A DNA stretch of 64,000 nt from a virus (lineage: Duplodnaviria; Heunggongvirae; Uroviricota; Caudoviricetes). The notes beneath the pieces were generated by a model. The model was not told the origin of the DNA, ran no database searches, and saw only the letters and a list, made by a program, of their open reading frames with translations. The stretch lies in the IMG/VR virus record IMGVR_UViG_3300042922_001018; one strand, 5' to 3'. Position 1 is the first letter of the stretch. Every line of letters starts with the position of its first letter. A program made the position numbers and the translations under genes. Shown piece by piece: positions 21,994 through 30,785 of the stretch.

Positions 21994-22643
21994 GCCCGGC
22001 TGTAGGCGGCAATGAAGGGTGGCACAGGGAAGACCTGCTGCGCGTACTCCAGAGCCAGACCCGATTCCAGCGCCGCAAGAGCGTCATGAACATTGAGTGC
22101 CTGGAAGAAGGGTGCGACGCCGTCCGCTCCTCGTTCACCGATGCATGCCGCCGTCCGCTCCGCGAGAGAACGGTGGTCGGTGGCGGTGGCATCCGTCACC
22201 GAGTAGTTGAACTCGCGCATGAGCGGGAAGACGAACGCGTACACGCTCCGCTGAGCGAGGCGCTGGAAATCGAGTCCGCTGAAAGCCAGGCAAGCCCGCT
22301 CTACGCCGCCACCAGGAAGGAGCGAGAGTTCATCCGCCGCTTGGAGGATAGCCACGTACAGCCACGGCTCGCGCGCTGCTATCCGGGTACTGGCCTTCGC
22401 GCTCGGCATCACCCATTCCCCAGGGCGCAAGCCAAGTTCCTTACCCGCCCGGCGGAGCCGTAGGAACAGAACCAGGCGGGGCGCGCCGCACAACACGGCA
22501 ATGAACACAACCGCGGCGATAGCGAAGAGAGACAGCGTAGTCGCGCCATCGAAGCCGAAGAGGTTCTCCAACGTGTGACCCACTACCATAGCGACCGTGA
22601 CGGCAACCGCTACGGCCGCGATGCTGATGTTGAGCTGTCGCAT
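21990..22643 (-). CDS. PxEY-tail family protein, membrane-anchored
   Basis: Two TM helices; GLALEYAQQVF; start moved to 22643. Confidence 0.75.
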   Translation of the reverse strand: MRQLNISIAAVAVAVTVAMVVGHTLENLFGFDGATTLSLFAIAAVVFIAVLCGAPRLVLFLRLRRAGKELGLRPGEWVMPSAKASTRIAAREPWLYVAILQAADELSLLPGGGVERACLAFSGLDFQRLAQRSVYAFVFPLMREFNYSVTDATATDHRSLAERTAACIGERGADGVAPFFQALNVHDALAALESGLALEYAQQVFPVPPFIAAYSRA

Positions 22644-22644
22644 G

Positions 22645-23253
22645 TCACACCGCCATCGTCTGCGCGTATTCGAGCGAGATGCCCTGCTCCAACGCGTCCA
22701 ACGCGAATGCCGGTCCCAGACGGTCGAAGTAGATGAAGGTCGTCGAGTTCCCGTGCTTCTGCGCGGCATCCATCGTGCGCGCGACGAGCGACCGGGACTC
22801 TTCCGCGGAAGCGTGCTCAATGAGCGGCAACAGCTCCCGCACGAAGGTCGTCATGTAGTCGTCGGTTGCGGCGACGAAGTTCTGACCGATGAAAGCGGGG
22901 GCAGCTTTCGTGTACATGTCGAAACCGCTGAACCGCTGCTCTTTCCCAATCGTGGCGATAGCGACGTACATCTCCGGCTCGTCACGGAGCAGAGGGCGAG
23001 TCTCACGAGTGATGTACAACTCCGGCGGCGCCATCAGAAGGCGCCTAGCCGTCGCCACAACCTGCACGTACAGGAAGTGGCGGTGCCACAACCGAGCGAT
23101 GTAGATGGAAGCCGGGACCGTAACGAGGACGCAGAACACAATGGCCCACTCTGCCCACGGCACCAGTTTCAGCGCCGCAGCGCAAGCAAGAGAAACCAGC
23201 ATGCCGACGACGATGGTGATACCCGCCGCGGCCTTACGGTGCTCGATGTCCAT
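22645..23253 (-). CDS. PxEY-tail family protein, membrane-anchored
   Basis: Two TM helices; GISLEYAQTMAV*; TAGACA-17-TACTCT promoter. Confidence 0.8.
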   Translation of the reverse strand: MDIEHRKAAAGITIVVGMLVSLACAAALKLVPWAEWAIVFCVLVTVPASIYIARLWHRHFLYVQVVATARRLLMAPPELYITRETRPLLRDEPEMYVAIATIGKEQRFSGFDMYTKAAPAFIGQNFVAATDDYMTTFVRELLPLIEHASAEESRSLVARTMDAAQKHGNSTTFIYFDRLGPAFALDALEQGISLEYAQTMAV

Positions 23254-23313
23254 GACGCCAGAGTAACACCTGGCAGCGCGGCTGTCTACCTCGTCAGTAA
23301 GACGGACGGAGCG

Positions 23314-23685
23314 TCACTTCAAGATGGGTTCGCCGCGCTTGCGCAGCTCGCGGTCGTGGCGTTCCTCAGCCTGAGCAGTGAGGCCCGACTCGGGGATGCC
23401 CGCAGCAACCGCGGCATCTGTCAGCGGACCGAGGATGTGCCCGCCCACGAACTCGGGGAATCCCGCCTGCACGATACGGTCACGCAGGTCCACGAATGCG
23501 CGGAGTGCCGACTCTTCCGAGTACGTTACGGTCTGCGGAGTGCTCTTCACGACGCGGTGCTCCAAGAACCCGTGCACCCGGCGAGACTTCACCAGCAGCA
23601 GGGTCAGGTCGAACGCCAGCTTCCCCTGCGCGTTGCGCTCGCGGTCCACCTTCAACGCGAAGGACCGGCGAGCGACGAACGTCAT
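23314..23685 (-). CDS. Hypothetical protein
   Basis: ATGA overlap start at 23685 (MTFVARRSF). Confidence 0.6.
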   Translation of the reverse strand: MTFVARRSFALKVDRERNAQGKLAFDLTLLLVKSRRVHGFLEHRVVKSTPQTVTYSEESALRAFVDLRDRIVQAGFPEFVGGHILGPLTDAAVAAGIPESGLTAQAEERHDRELRKRGEPILK

Positions 23686-24089
23686 CGGTCGGTCTCCTTC
23701 TCGCCGTACACCATCTCGGAGTACGTCTTCGGGGCAACGGCCGGGGCGAAGATGCGACCACGCGGAGGAATCAGACCCGCCTTGCGGCGCATGTCCTCCG
23801 TGGTGATTGCCGACCACAGTCGGATGTAGCCCTCGTCATACGTTCGCCGAGCGGCGAACAGCGCGCGCAGCGAGATGTAGACCGGGATGACGGACAGCAT
23901 CGTCATCGCGCTCGCAGCCCAGAGCATCGCGTCCACGTAGCCGTCCTGACCAGACATGGTGATGTCATGGCTCGTGGCGTACGTCAGCGCTTCGCGCGCG
24001 ATGGTACCGCCCAGGAGGAGGAAGAGGAGAGTGACGACAACCCAGCGGGAGGCCCGGCGGACGTGTTCGAACGACTTCGGTTCTGGCAT
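23682..24089 (-). CDS. Hypothetical two-TM membrane protein
   Basis: Start 24089 (MPEPKSF), six nt after TATACT -10; two hydrophobic segments. Confidence 0.65.
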   Translation of the reverse strand: MPEPKSFEHVRRASRWVVVTLLFLLLGGTIAREALTYATSHDITMSGQDGYVDAMLWAASAMTMLSVIPVYISLRALFAARRTYDEGYIRLWSAITTEDMRRKAGLIPPRGRIFAPAVAPKTYSEMVYGEKETDR

Positions 24090-24127
24090 GCCGCCAGTAT
24101 AGCACCGGTCCCGCGGAGCGCGGGCAG

Positions 24128-24313
24128 TTACTTCGCCGTGGGCGCGCCAGCCTTGCGACCAGCCTTCATCAGCGCGCCGAGAGCGACGACCACGATGAGC
24201 ACCGGGCCGATGACCATGGCGACGTTGATGAGACCCACGATGACGAACGCAGCGCCGACCGCGAGGAGCAGAAGGAGCAGAAGGCCGATGGCGAAAGCGG
24301 GAGACCAGTTCAT
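24128..24313 (-). CDS. Small two-TM membrane protein (61 aa)
   Basis: Highly hydrophobic with basic tail; TTGACA-18-TACCAT promoter. Confidence 0.65.
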   Translation of the reverse strand: MNWSPAFAIGLLLLLLLAVGAAFVIVGLINVAMVIGPVLIVVVALGALMKAGRKAGAPTAK

Positions 24314-24346
24314 GTATCCTATGGTACTCCCTCCCCTCCGCCCATG

Positions 24347-24736
24347 TCAACTCATCAGTTCACGCGCGTATTCTTCTGGCAACACGGCAAGGTCCGCCCA
24401 TCGAGCCACAGCCGTATGGAAGTCCTCAGACGCTATCCATCCGTGCAGCCGGGAAGCTTGACCGCGAAGGTATTCACGGGTGGCATCCCTGTCCATCCGC
24501 TGATTGAATGTGGAGCCGAGCTTGGCGCGGATGTCTTCGGCGACCGGATGTCCCTCGGTTGCTCCGACCGCTTCGATGAGGACAAGCACCGCGATGTCGT
24601 TCGCTTCCGCTCTCATCAACCGGTCGTTCTCCATGCCCATGTACGACCGGTTGGGGCTTTCCCACCATGCACGGTACGCCATCCGGTACAGCGCATCGAA
24701 CAGCTCGACAGCCTCCGTCACGTCAGGGGCCGACAC
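24347..24736 (-). CDS. PxEY-tail family protein, AVGAxxxHPV triplet
   Basis: AVGATEGHPVAEDIR; VLPEEYARELMS*. Confidence 0.8.
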   Translation of the reverse strand: MSAPDVTEAVELFDALYRMAYRAWWESPNRSYMGMENDRLMRAEANDIAVLVLIEAVGATEGHPVAEDIRAKLGSTFNQRMDRDATREYLRGQASRLHGWIASEDFHTAVARWADLAVLPEEYARELMS

Positions 24737-25106
24737 GGACCATCAGCTCCCCTGCGTATTCAGCAGGCAGCTTTGCCAGCTCGGTCCATCGCTCTACGGC
24801 CTCGTCGAAGCCCGGCGAAATCAGCCATCCCCGGATGTTCTGCGCCTGCCTCCACGCGTTCGTCGTGTCTGACCCCAGCGCGAAAGCGCGGCCGAGACGG
24901 GCGTGGATGGCGGCAGAAACCGGGTGCCCATTCTCGGCGCCGACTGCCCACGCGAGTGCCGCGGTCGCCTGTCCGCCTGCCTTCACCCGAAGCTGATAGG
25001 CCAGGTCCGCGTCCATGCCGGACAGGCCTTCTTCACGGGCAGACCGCGCAGACTGGTAGACAGCCAGGAGCGCCTCAACCGCCCGGCGCGCTTCCTCGTT
25101 CACCAC
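24723..25106 (-). CDS. PxEY-tail family protein, AVGAxxxHPV triplet
   Basis: AVGAENGHPVSAAIH; KLPAEYAGELM. Confidence 0.8.
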   Translation of the reverse strand: MVNEEARRAVEALLAVYQSARSAREEGLSGMDADLAYQLRVKAGGQATAALAWAVGAENGHPVSAAIHARLGRAFALGSDTTNAWRQAQNIRGWLISPGFDEAVERWTELAKLPAEYAGELMVRVGP

Positions 25107-25474
25107 GTCAGCTCCCGCGCATACTCAGCCGGAATCTTCGCCAGCTCGGTCCATCTTGCGACTGCTTCGCGGAAGTAGACGGTCTTCAGCCAAGCCTCCA
25201 ACGTGCGTGCCCTATCCCATGCGTAAGTGGTGTGCTCGGGGATAACGAAGATGGTGCCGAACCGCTCGCGAATCTCTTCGGCTACCGGGTGGTCAACCGA
25301 TGCGCCAACCGCCGAGATGAGGGCGAGCACACCCAGGCTGTTCGTGTCTAGCCGGGCAGCGAACCGGTCCTGCACCCGGCGGTGGTTCGCGTCCAGCTTC
25401 GCGCTGGAAAAGACGGAAGCGAAGATGCTGAGGGCATTCTCCACGTCGCCGTCCAACTCGGCTACACCGGTCAC
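25100..25474 (-). CDS. PxEY-tail family protein, AVGAxxxHPV triplet
   Basis: AVGASVDHPVAEEIR; KIPAEYARELTW*. Confidence 0.8.
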   Translation of the reverse strand: MTGVAELDGDVENALSIFASVFSSAKLDANHRRVQDRFAARLDTNSLGVLALISAVGASVDHPVAEEIRERFGTIFVIPEHTTYAWDRARTLEAWLKTVYFREAVARWTELAKIPAEYARELTW

Positions 25475-25995
25475 CGCAAGAAGTCCTCGATGGCGGAAAT
25501 GTGCTCGGGAAGCAGACCGACCTTCTCGTACGGCGCGATGACCAGCATCTCGACGAAGTTCTTCGCGGCAGCGGCTTTACCGAGGTCACCCCACGTGTCA
25601 CCGAAGTCGTTCTCGTCCTCCAGCATGTCGTCGAGCCACACGACCTTGCGGTTCTCCGCAGCCCAGCCCGGCAGCGCATCCTCGACAGCATCCAGCTTCC
25701 ACCAGATAGCGCGGGCCGACCCGTAGTTCGGGTCCGGAACCGCTTCCAGCTCCCGGCCGAAGTAACGAGCGAACGCTGCATTCGCATCAGGCGTTGTCCA
25801 GCTCGTGTGGAGCAGCAGGACAGAGTCGGTATCCTCGGCGATGCGCACAAGGTCAGCGATGCGTTCCGTCAAGATGACGACATCCCCGAAACCTGACACT
25901 TCATCGACGGCGAACTCGCCGACCACACGGTCATGCGGGGCAGGGGCGAACGGAGCGATGACTCCGTCGATGTCGATGAGGATGACTCCGGGCAT
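25471..25995 (-). CDS. HAD-superfamily phosphatase (HAD-SAK / RNA-repair-associated type)
   Basis: Motif I LIDIDGV, motif II HTSW, conserved WK, motif IV VWLDD. Confidence 0.75.
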   Translation of the reverse strand: MPGVILIDIDGVIAPFAPAPHDRVVGEFAVDEVSGFGDVVILTERIADLVRIAEDTDSVLLLHTSWTTPDANAAFARYFGRELEAVPDPNYGSARAIWWKLDAVEDALPGWAAENRKVVWLDDMLEDENDFGDTWGDLGKAAAAKNFVEMLVIAPYEKVGLLPEHISAIEDFLR

Positions 25996-26004
25996 GGCCT
26001 TAGC

Positions 26005-26778
26005 CTACCATCCCGGCACCTCATCCGAACCGAACGTGGCCTGGATGTACTCGTCCGGCATTCCGCTGCGGAGCGCCTCCAGGGCGTGCTCCGGGTTCTT
26101 CGTGATGGCCCAGATTTGCAGGAGACGACCCAACGGCAGACCCTCCTGCGTTGCGACGACCGCCGTGTACGTCCAGTCACCGACGCTCCCGAAAGCAGCA
26201 AGTGACTGTACGGCAGCATACCGCTCAGGAACGCTGATGTCCTCCAGCAGCGAGAGCAGGTTCTTGAACCGCGGGTACTTCTGCTGGAGGAAGTACAGTG
26301 CCAGGTCGGGACACGTATTGCGCGGCGGGGTAAGAGTCGGGTCGAACTTCGGGTAGCTCTGGTTCAGACCCGGCGCAATCCAGTCGGTCTGCGCACCGTA
26401 CACCGCGAGTCGAGCAGCGCCAGCGACCTGACTGAACGAGCGAACCTGAATGATGTCTTCGAGACCACGAGCCATCCCGAAAAGCGAATGCAGGATGTGG
26501 TCAGGTCCGCGTTCATCCGAAGCGTGCGTGACCAGCGACCCCATGCCGATGCCGTCCCACCCGTCGAACAACGCCGGGTCCATCTCGTAACCGCGCGCCA
26601 AGGCGACGATGATGTCGGCGACTCCGTCTTCGTTCGCATCCGGACGCGGCTTGAACGAACCGTACTCCGGCGTCGGCGCGATGCGGGAAGCGAGTTCAGC
26701 GGGAACCAGACCGTCGAGAGACCCCGGTCTGAAACGGAGGACGGAGAGCGCTGTGCGGCCCTTGACACTGATACCCAT
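26005..26778 (-). CDS. PxEY-tail family protein (paralogue of 26980-27798)
   Basis: AGAARLAV and EGLPLG shared; GMPDEYIQATFG. Confidence 0.8.
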   Translation of the reverse strand: MGISVKGRTALSVLRFRPGSLDGLVPAELASRIAPTPEYGSFKPRPDANEDGVADIIVALARGYEMDPALFDGWDGIGMGSLVTHASDERGPDHILHSLFGMARGLEDIIQVRSFSQVAGAARLAVYGAQTDWIAPGLNQSYPKFDPTLTPPRNTCPDLALYFLQQKYPRFKNLLSLLEDISVPERYAAVQSLAAFGSVGDWTYTAVVATQEGLPLGRLLQIWAITKNPEHALEALRSGMPDEYIQATFGSDEVPGW

Positions 26779-26785
26779 AGGTCAC

Positions 26786-26845
26786 AGGCTACCGGTCGGG
26801 CCTACGGTTGTCAAGGTTGACGCGTGGTCCCCGGCGCTGTAGGAT
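26786..26845. promoter_or_regulatory. Back-to-back divergent leaderless promoters
   Basis: Minus TTGACA(26814-26809)-17-TAGCCT(26791-26786); plus TTGACG(26817-26822)-17-TAGGAT(26840-26845). Confidence 0.75.
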
Positions 26846-26851
26846 GGCACC

Positions 26852-26986
26852 ATGAGCAACCTCACCGGCAAGATGCGAGTCACCTACCCGGACGGCCGTA
26901 TCGCCATCTGGAAGTACAGCATGACGGCCATGTGCAACGTCATCCTCAACGGCCTCACCTACGAACTCGAAGGCCGCGATTACTGA
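26852..26986 (+). CDS. Small protein (44 aa) not in ORF track
   Basis: MSNLTGKMRVTYPDGRIAIWKYSMTAMCNVILNGLTYELEGRDY*; consensus promoter six nt upstream; GC3-rich codons. Confidence 0.7.
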   Translation: MSNLTGKMRVTYPDGRIAIWKYSMTAMCNVILNGLTYELEGRDY

Positions 26987-27798
26987 CGCGGCCTCGCGCT
27001 GAGCAGCTCCAGGTACTCGTCCGGAACACGGTTCCGTACAGCATCGAGCACAAGGTCTGTCTCTCCGGGAACCAGGCTCCAGACGCGGAAGCACTCGCCC
27101 AACGGCAGCCCCTCGCGCTCGGCGCGGACCATCAACGCCGCGACGTAGCCGATGGTCATGGCATTCGAGTGGCGCGACCCATGCAACCGCTGGAGCGACG
27201 CGTGAAGCACCTCGGTGTCCACATCGTCAATCAGCTCGATGAGCGGAACGAACTGCGGGTAGGACGCGAAAAGCAACGCCTTCCGAACGGTCAGACTCAC
27301 ATCGAGAGCGGGAGCCATTCCAGCCGAGAACTTCGCGCCGAATCCTGCGTTTGGGATGTCGGAGGCACGAGTCTCCTTGACAGCTAGTCGCGCCGCGCCC
27401 GCCAGCTCGCGCAGGTCTCGCATCCCAACGACCTCTGCAAGCTCCGGGTCCAGACCGAACAGCGGAACGGCTACCGGATAGCCACCCACCTGGATTGCGT
27501 GGTCCACCAAGCTCATGAACCCGGTGCCGGACCAAGAGGTGAACAGAGCTTCGTTCTTCTGATGACCATGGACGATACCGGCAGCGATGTCCCACGAGAG
27601 AGTCTCATGCGACACCCCGCCCGTGGTGGACGGGTACAGATAGCCGGTCGAGCTATCCGAGCAGATGCGCTGCACGAGCGCGCTCGGAAGCTTCCCCTCG
27701 AAGTGCTCGACGTTCAACGCCTTGTACTCACGGAGTGCTCGGTATGCCTTCGAGCCGGGAGGGTTGCTCGCGCCAGGCGTCTGCGCCGGATGAACCAT
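26980..27798 (-). CDS. PxEY-tail family protein (paralogue of 26005-26778)
   Basis: AGAARLAV, EGLPLG; RVPDEYLELL; start uncertain. Confidence 0.8.
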   Translation of the reverse strand: MVHPAQTPGASNPPGSKAYRALREYKALNVEHFEGKLPSALVQRICSDSSTGYLYPSTTGGVSHETLSWDIAAGIVHGHQKNEALFTSWSGTGFMSLVDHAIQVGGYPVAVPLFGLDPELAEVVGMRDLRELAGAARLAVKETRASDIPNAGFGAKFSAGMAPALDVSLTVRKALLFASYPQFVPLIELIDDVDTEVLHASLQRLHGSRHSNAMTIGYVAALMVRAEREGLPLGECFRVWSLVPGETDLVLDAVRNRVPDEYLELLSARPRQ

Positions 27799-27833
27799 TG
27801 ACAACCTCTCAGCCCTCTGTTACCGTGAACCTA

Positions 27834-27871
27834 GCGGCGCCGGAGCGGATGTAGAAACCCTCCGGCGCCGC
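27834..27871. terminator. Intergenic GC-rich hairpin, probable terminator
   Basis: 12-bp perfect arms GCGGCGCCGGAG/CTCCGGCGCCGC, 14-nt loop, no clear U-tract. Confidence 0.5.
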
Positions 27872-27905
27872 CATCCAATACCCTATCAGCCGATACACTC
27901 GCCTG

Positions 27906-28448
27906 TCAAATCGCAGCCGCGTACTCTGGCGCCACACCAGCGCGGATACCCGCGCTCGCCGCGTACACGTCACCGACCACTCGGAGATAAGCAGCGCCGC
28001 CGAGAACGTCATCTTCGATGATGTCCAAGAACTCGTTCACGCCCTCTGGACCGTTCATCCGGCCGGTAGAAGCGAGCGCCTCTATCAGGGCGGTCAGCTC
28101 CACAACGCTCCGTCGCCGGTACTTGCGGCGGTGATAGACCACGTGTGCCGCCCATGACTCCAGCGACTCATTCCGCGAGTAATCAGTGTTCCGCAGGAAC
28201 GCCCGATGCACGGACCGGACAAGAGCAACACCTAGACGCGGAGCGCTCCCCACATGGAACGAGAAGATACGGTAGTCCGCGAACGCGCCAGCGGCGCGGT
28301 GCAGGATGTTCGCGACACGCACCTCCGCCGGGTCAGCACCGAAGGCTCGCAAGATGAGAAGCCGTTGGATGTTTGGAAACATGGCCAGCAGAATCAGGAT
28401 GCTCGCAGTCAGGCTGCCGCACAGCCACGCGAACTCGACGAGGTTCAT
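27906..28448 (-). CDS. PxEY-tail family protein, membrane-anchored
   Basis: N-terminal TM; GVAPEYAAAI*. Confidence 0.75.
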   Translation of the reverse strand: MNLVEFAWLCGSLTASILILLAMFPNIQRLLILRAFGADPAEVRVANILHRAAGAFADYRIFSFHVGSAPRLGVALVRSVHRAFLRNTDYSRNESLESWAAHVVYHRRKYRRRSVVELTALIEALASTGRMNGPEGVNEFLDIIEDDVLGGAAYLRVVGDVYAASAGIRAGVAPEYAAAI

Positions 28449-29089
28449 CGAGCGGCCTGCACGTATTCCAGAGGCACGCCCGAGCGCACCGCGACCAGTG
28501 CCATCGAAGAGTTCTTCGCAGTCGCGAGGAACGAGATAGCGGTCGAAGCATCCACCGCCTCGAAGACGCTCCGAAGCTCCGCCGGGTCATCCTCATCCGG
28601 ATAGCTGAGAACAGCTTCCGTCAGCAGCACACGCTGTTCGGGAGCCAGTGAATCCCAGACGTGCGCCTCAGTGAGAGCCTTCGCCTTCCGCGTGAGCAGT
28701 TGGACTATGGGCGTGTCCTTCGGGAGGATATCGAACCGGCTGTTCACCTCGCTGAACGCAATCAGCATGGACGGCGTCTTCCGAGCAATCTCGAAGAACG
28801 GGGTCCACATTCCACCCAGCATTTGCCGGGCCTGGAGAACAGAACCACCGTGCGCTCGTGCCTGACGAGTCACCCACCGCACCATCCGCTTACGGTCCCA
28901 CGCGCGGTATCCGAACTGCGCCGCCACCCCGCAGACAGCCGCGATAATGTATGGCACGAAGGACGCCCACCCCGGCTCTAAGTCGAGTACGAGGCGGGTC
29001 GGCACGGAAACGAGGACGTAGGTCACGACGAAAGTGATACCGGCGCCCAGTGTCCGCTTGCGCTCAACAGTCCAGAACGGCTTCCTCAT
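28445..29089 (-). CDS. PxEY-tail family protein, membrane-anchored
   Basis: Two TM; GVPLEYVQAAR*. Confidence 0.8.
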   Translation of the reverse strand: MRKPFWTVERKRTLGAGITFVVTYVLVSVPTRLVLDLEPGWASFVPYIIAAVCGVAAQFGYRAWDRKRMVRWVTRQARAHGGSVLQARQMLGGMWTPFFEIARKTPSMLIAFSEVNSRFDILPKDTPIVQLLTRKAKALTEAHVWDSLAPEQRVLLTEAVLSYPDEDDPAELRSVFEAVDASTAISFLATAKNSSMALVAVRSGVPLEYVQAAR

Positions 29090-29613
29090 AGTGCCCCAGC
29101 ATACTCGGGTGGGATGCCTTCGCGCAACGCCAGCAGTGACTTCTCGATGTCCACAGTCGCCCGGAGGTACGCCGTCATCTCCTGGACCGGTGTCCCGTCG
29201 AGTATCGCGCGGGCAACGGCATCTCGCAGCTCGAACGTGTACCGGACGAGTCCCGCTTCCAGGAACGCATCAACGAACTCGTCAATCGCATTTTCCTTCG
29301 CGTCGCCTTCAAGACCGGAGTCGAGAATCAGATGGCGTCCCAGCTCGCCCGCGTTTCCCAGCCCGTCCCCAGCCTGCCGGTACCCTTCGATGATGGCATC
29401 CGTGAGACCGATACGATTGCCGATGAGCAGCGAGCCACGCGCCGCCACTCGAAGACCCCAGGCGGACTCGGCCATTCTCATCAGCGATGCTGCGAGGCTT
29501 CGCTCGGAATCCCGGCGCCGCTTCGCGGAACGCGCCACTGAGATGATGCTCGCCAGCAGGACGGCAACCGAGAGCGTTACCAAGAGAGCGCCTAGGGTAT
29601 CCATGACGGTCAC
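29086..29613 (-). CDS. PxEY-tail family protein, membrane-anchored
   Basis: One TM; GIPPEYAGAL*. Confidence 0.8.
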   Translation of the reverse strand: MTVMDTLGALLVTLSVAVLLASIISVARSAKRRRDSERSLAASLMRMAESAWGLRVAARGSLLIGNRIGLTDAIIEGYRQAGDGLGNAGELGRHLILDSGLEGDAKENAIDEFVDAFLEAGLVRYTFELRDAVARAILDGTPVQEMTAYLRATVDIEKSLLALREGIPPEYAGAL

Positions 29614-30260
29614 GCGAGCGCTTTCGCGTAGTCCAACGCTACGCCATCATGAAGCATCTGCGTGGCGAAGCGCACCGACTTCAGCTCACGAAGGTAGGCG
29701 ATGACCTCTTCCGGGGTGTTGTGCCCGTCGCGCACCAAGAAAAGCAGCTCTGTCGTCAACTGGTCCTGGACATCTCCCACCGACTGCCCGAACGCGTACA
29801 CGAAATCGTCCAGACGGTCCCCGAAAAGGACCGCGGCGTCCGTCGGCGTCAGTAGATTGCTCGCGATGCGCGAGTACACTTTCACGGACTCTTCCCGCGC
29901 CCGGAACACGCACCGGAAGATAGCTGCGGCTACAGCCGGGTTTCGCTTCCTGTGCGAGTGGGGGACGATGACATCGAAGTCGTAAAAGCTCAGGCGCACA
30001 AGCTGGTCAGCGTGGAGACCACTACGCTTTCCGAACAGCCACACCGAGAAGTAGTCCGAGTTCGTCAGGGTAAGCCCACACCCAGCTCCAGCTAGACCGG
30101 TGACGATAATGAGCGGGAGCAGGACCAGCACGGTGGCGATAGTGGACCCCGAGCTTGCCCCGAAGAAGAGCAGCACGAAGACCGTCGAGACGAAGCCCGC
30201 CACACCCAACACGCCCAGGAGAACGCCGACAGCGGCAATGGCCCGCGGCGAAATCAGCAT
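29610..30260 (-). CDS. PxEY-tail family protein, membrane-anchored
   Basis: Two TM; GVALDYAKALA*; TTGACG-18-TACACT promoter. Confidence 0.8.
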   Translation of the reverse strand: MLISPRAIAAVGVLLGVLGVAGFVSTVFVLLFFGASSGSTIATVLVLLPLIIVTGLAGAGCGLTLTNSDYFSVWLFGKRSGLHADQLVRLSFYDFDVIVPHSHRKRNPAVAAAIFRCVFRAREESVKVYSRIASNLLTPTDAAVLFGDRLDDFVYAFGQSVGDVQDQLTTELLFLVRDGHNTPEEVIAYLRELKSVRFATQMLHDGVALDYAKALA

Positions 30261-30292
30261 AAGCTGAGTGTACTACGACACGCTCACGGCCG

Positions 30293-30748
30293 TCAAGCCG
30301 GAGCGCCCGGCTCGAATGGCAGGTCGCGGCGCTCGTACCACTTCGCGATGGTGCCGTTGAGCTGCTCCAGAGTGATTTCGTGGACAGCGCGCTCGCCGTC
30401 CTTCCACACCCAGACCACGAGCGGCTGGTGGTCCTGGTACTTCTGGACCTGCTTGTTCCAGGCCGGGTCGAAGACGAGGATGCTCAGGCAACCGGGGAGA
30501 CGGCTGAAGCCGCGCAGCGTAATCTGCTGTCCCTGCGTCGGCTCTGAGAGCTGGAGGGAACCATCTGGCTGCCGGTTCGCGGGCTTGAACTCGAACAGGA
30601 TGAACCGGTTCGTCTTCGCATCATGGAAGACACCGTCGAGGTCAGCGGGGCGCTTGACCTCGGGCACCCCCGGAGGCCGGAACCAGGACGTGAACCGTCC
30701 CATGCCCAGCTTTGCGTAACTCTCGTTCCTGTATCCTGCTCCAGCCAT
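30293..30748 (-). CDS. Probable PD-(D/E)xK nuclease-superfamily protein
   Basis: PADLDGVF...FILFEFKP followed by helix with GQ, typical D...ExK arrangement. Confidence 0.6.
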   Translation of the reverse strand: MAGAGYRNESYAKLGMGRFTSWFRPPGVPEVKRPADLDGVFHDAKTNRFILFEFKPANRQPDGSLQLSEPTQGQQITLRGFSRLPGCLSILVFDPAWNKQVQKYQDHQPLVVWVWKDGERAVHEITLEQLNGTIAKWYERRDLPFEPGAPA

Positions 30749-30785
30749 GGCCTGAGTCTACCATCGGTTTTCTGGAACGAACTGG

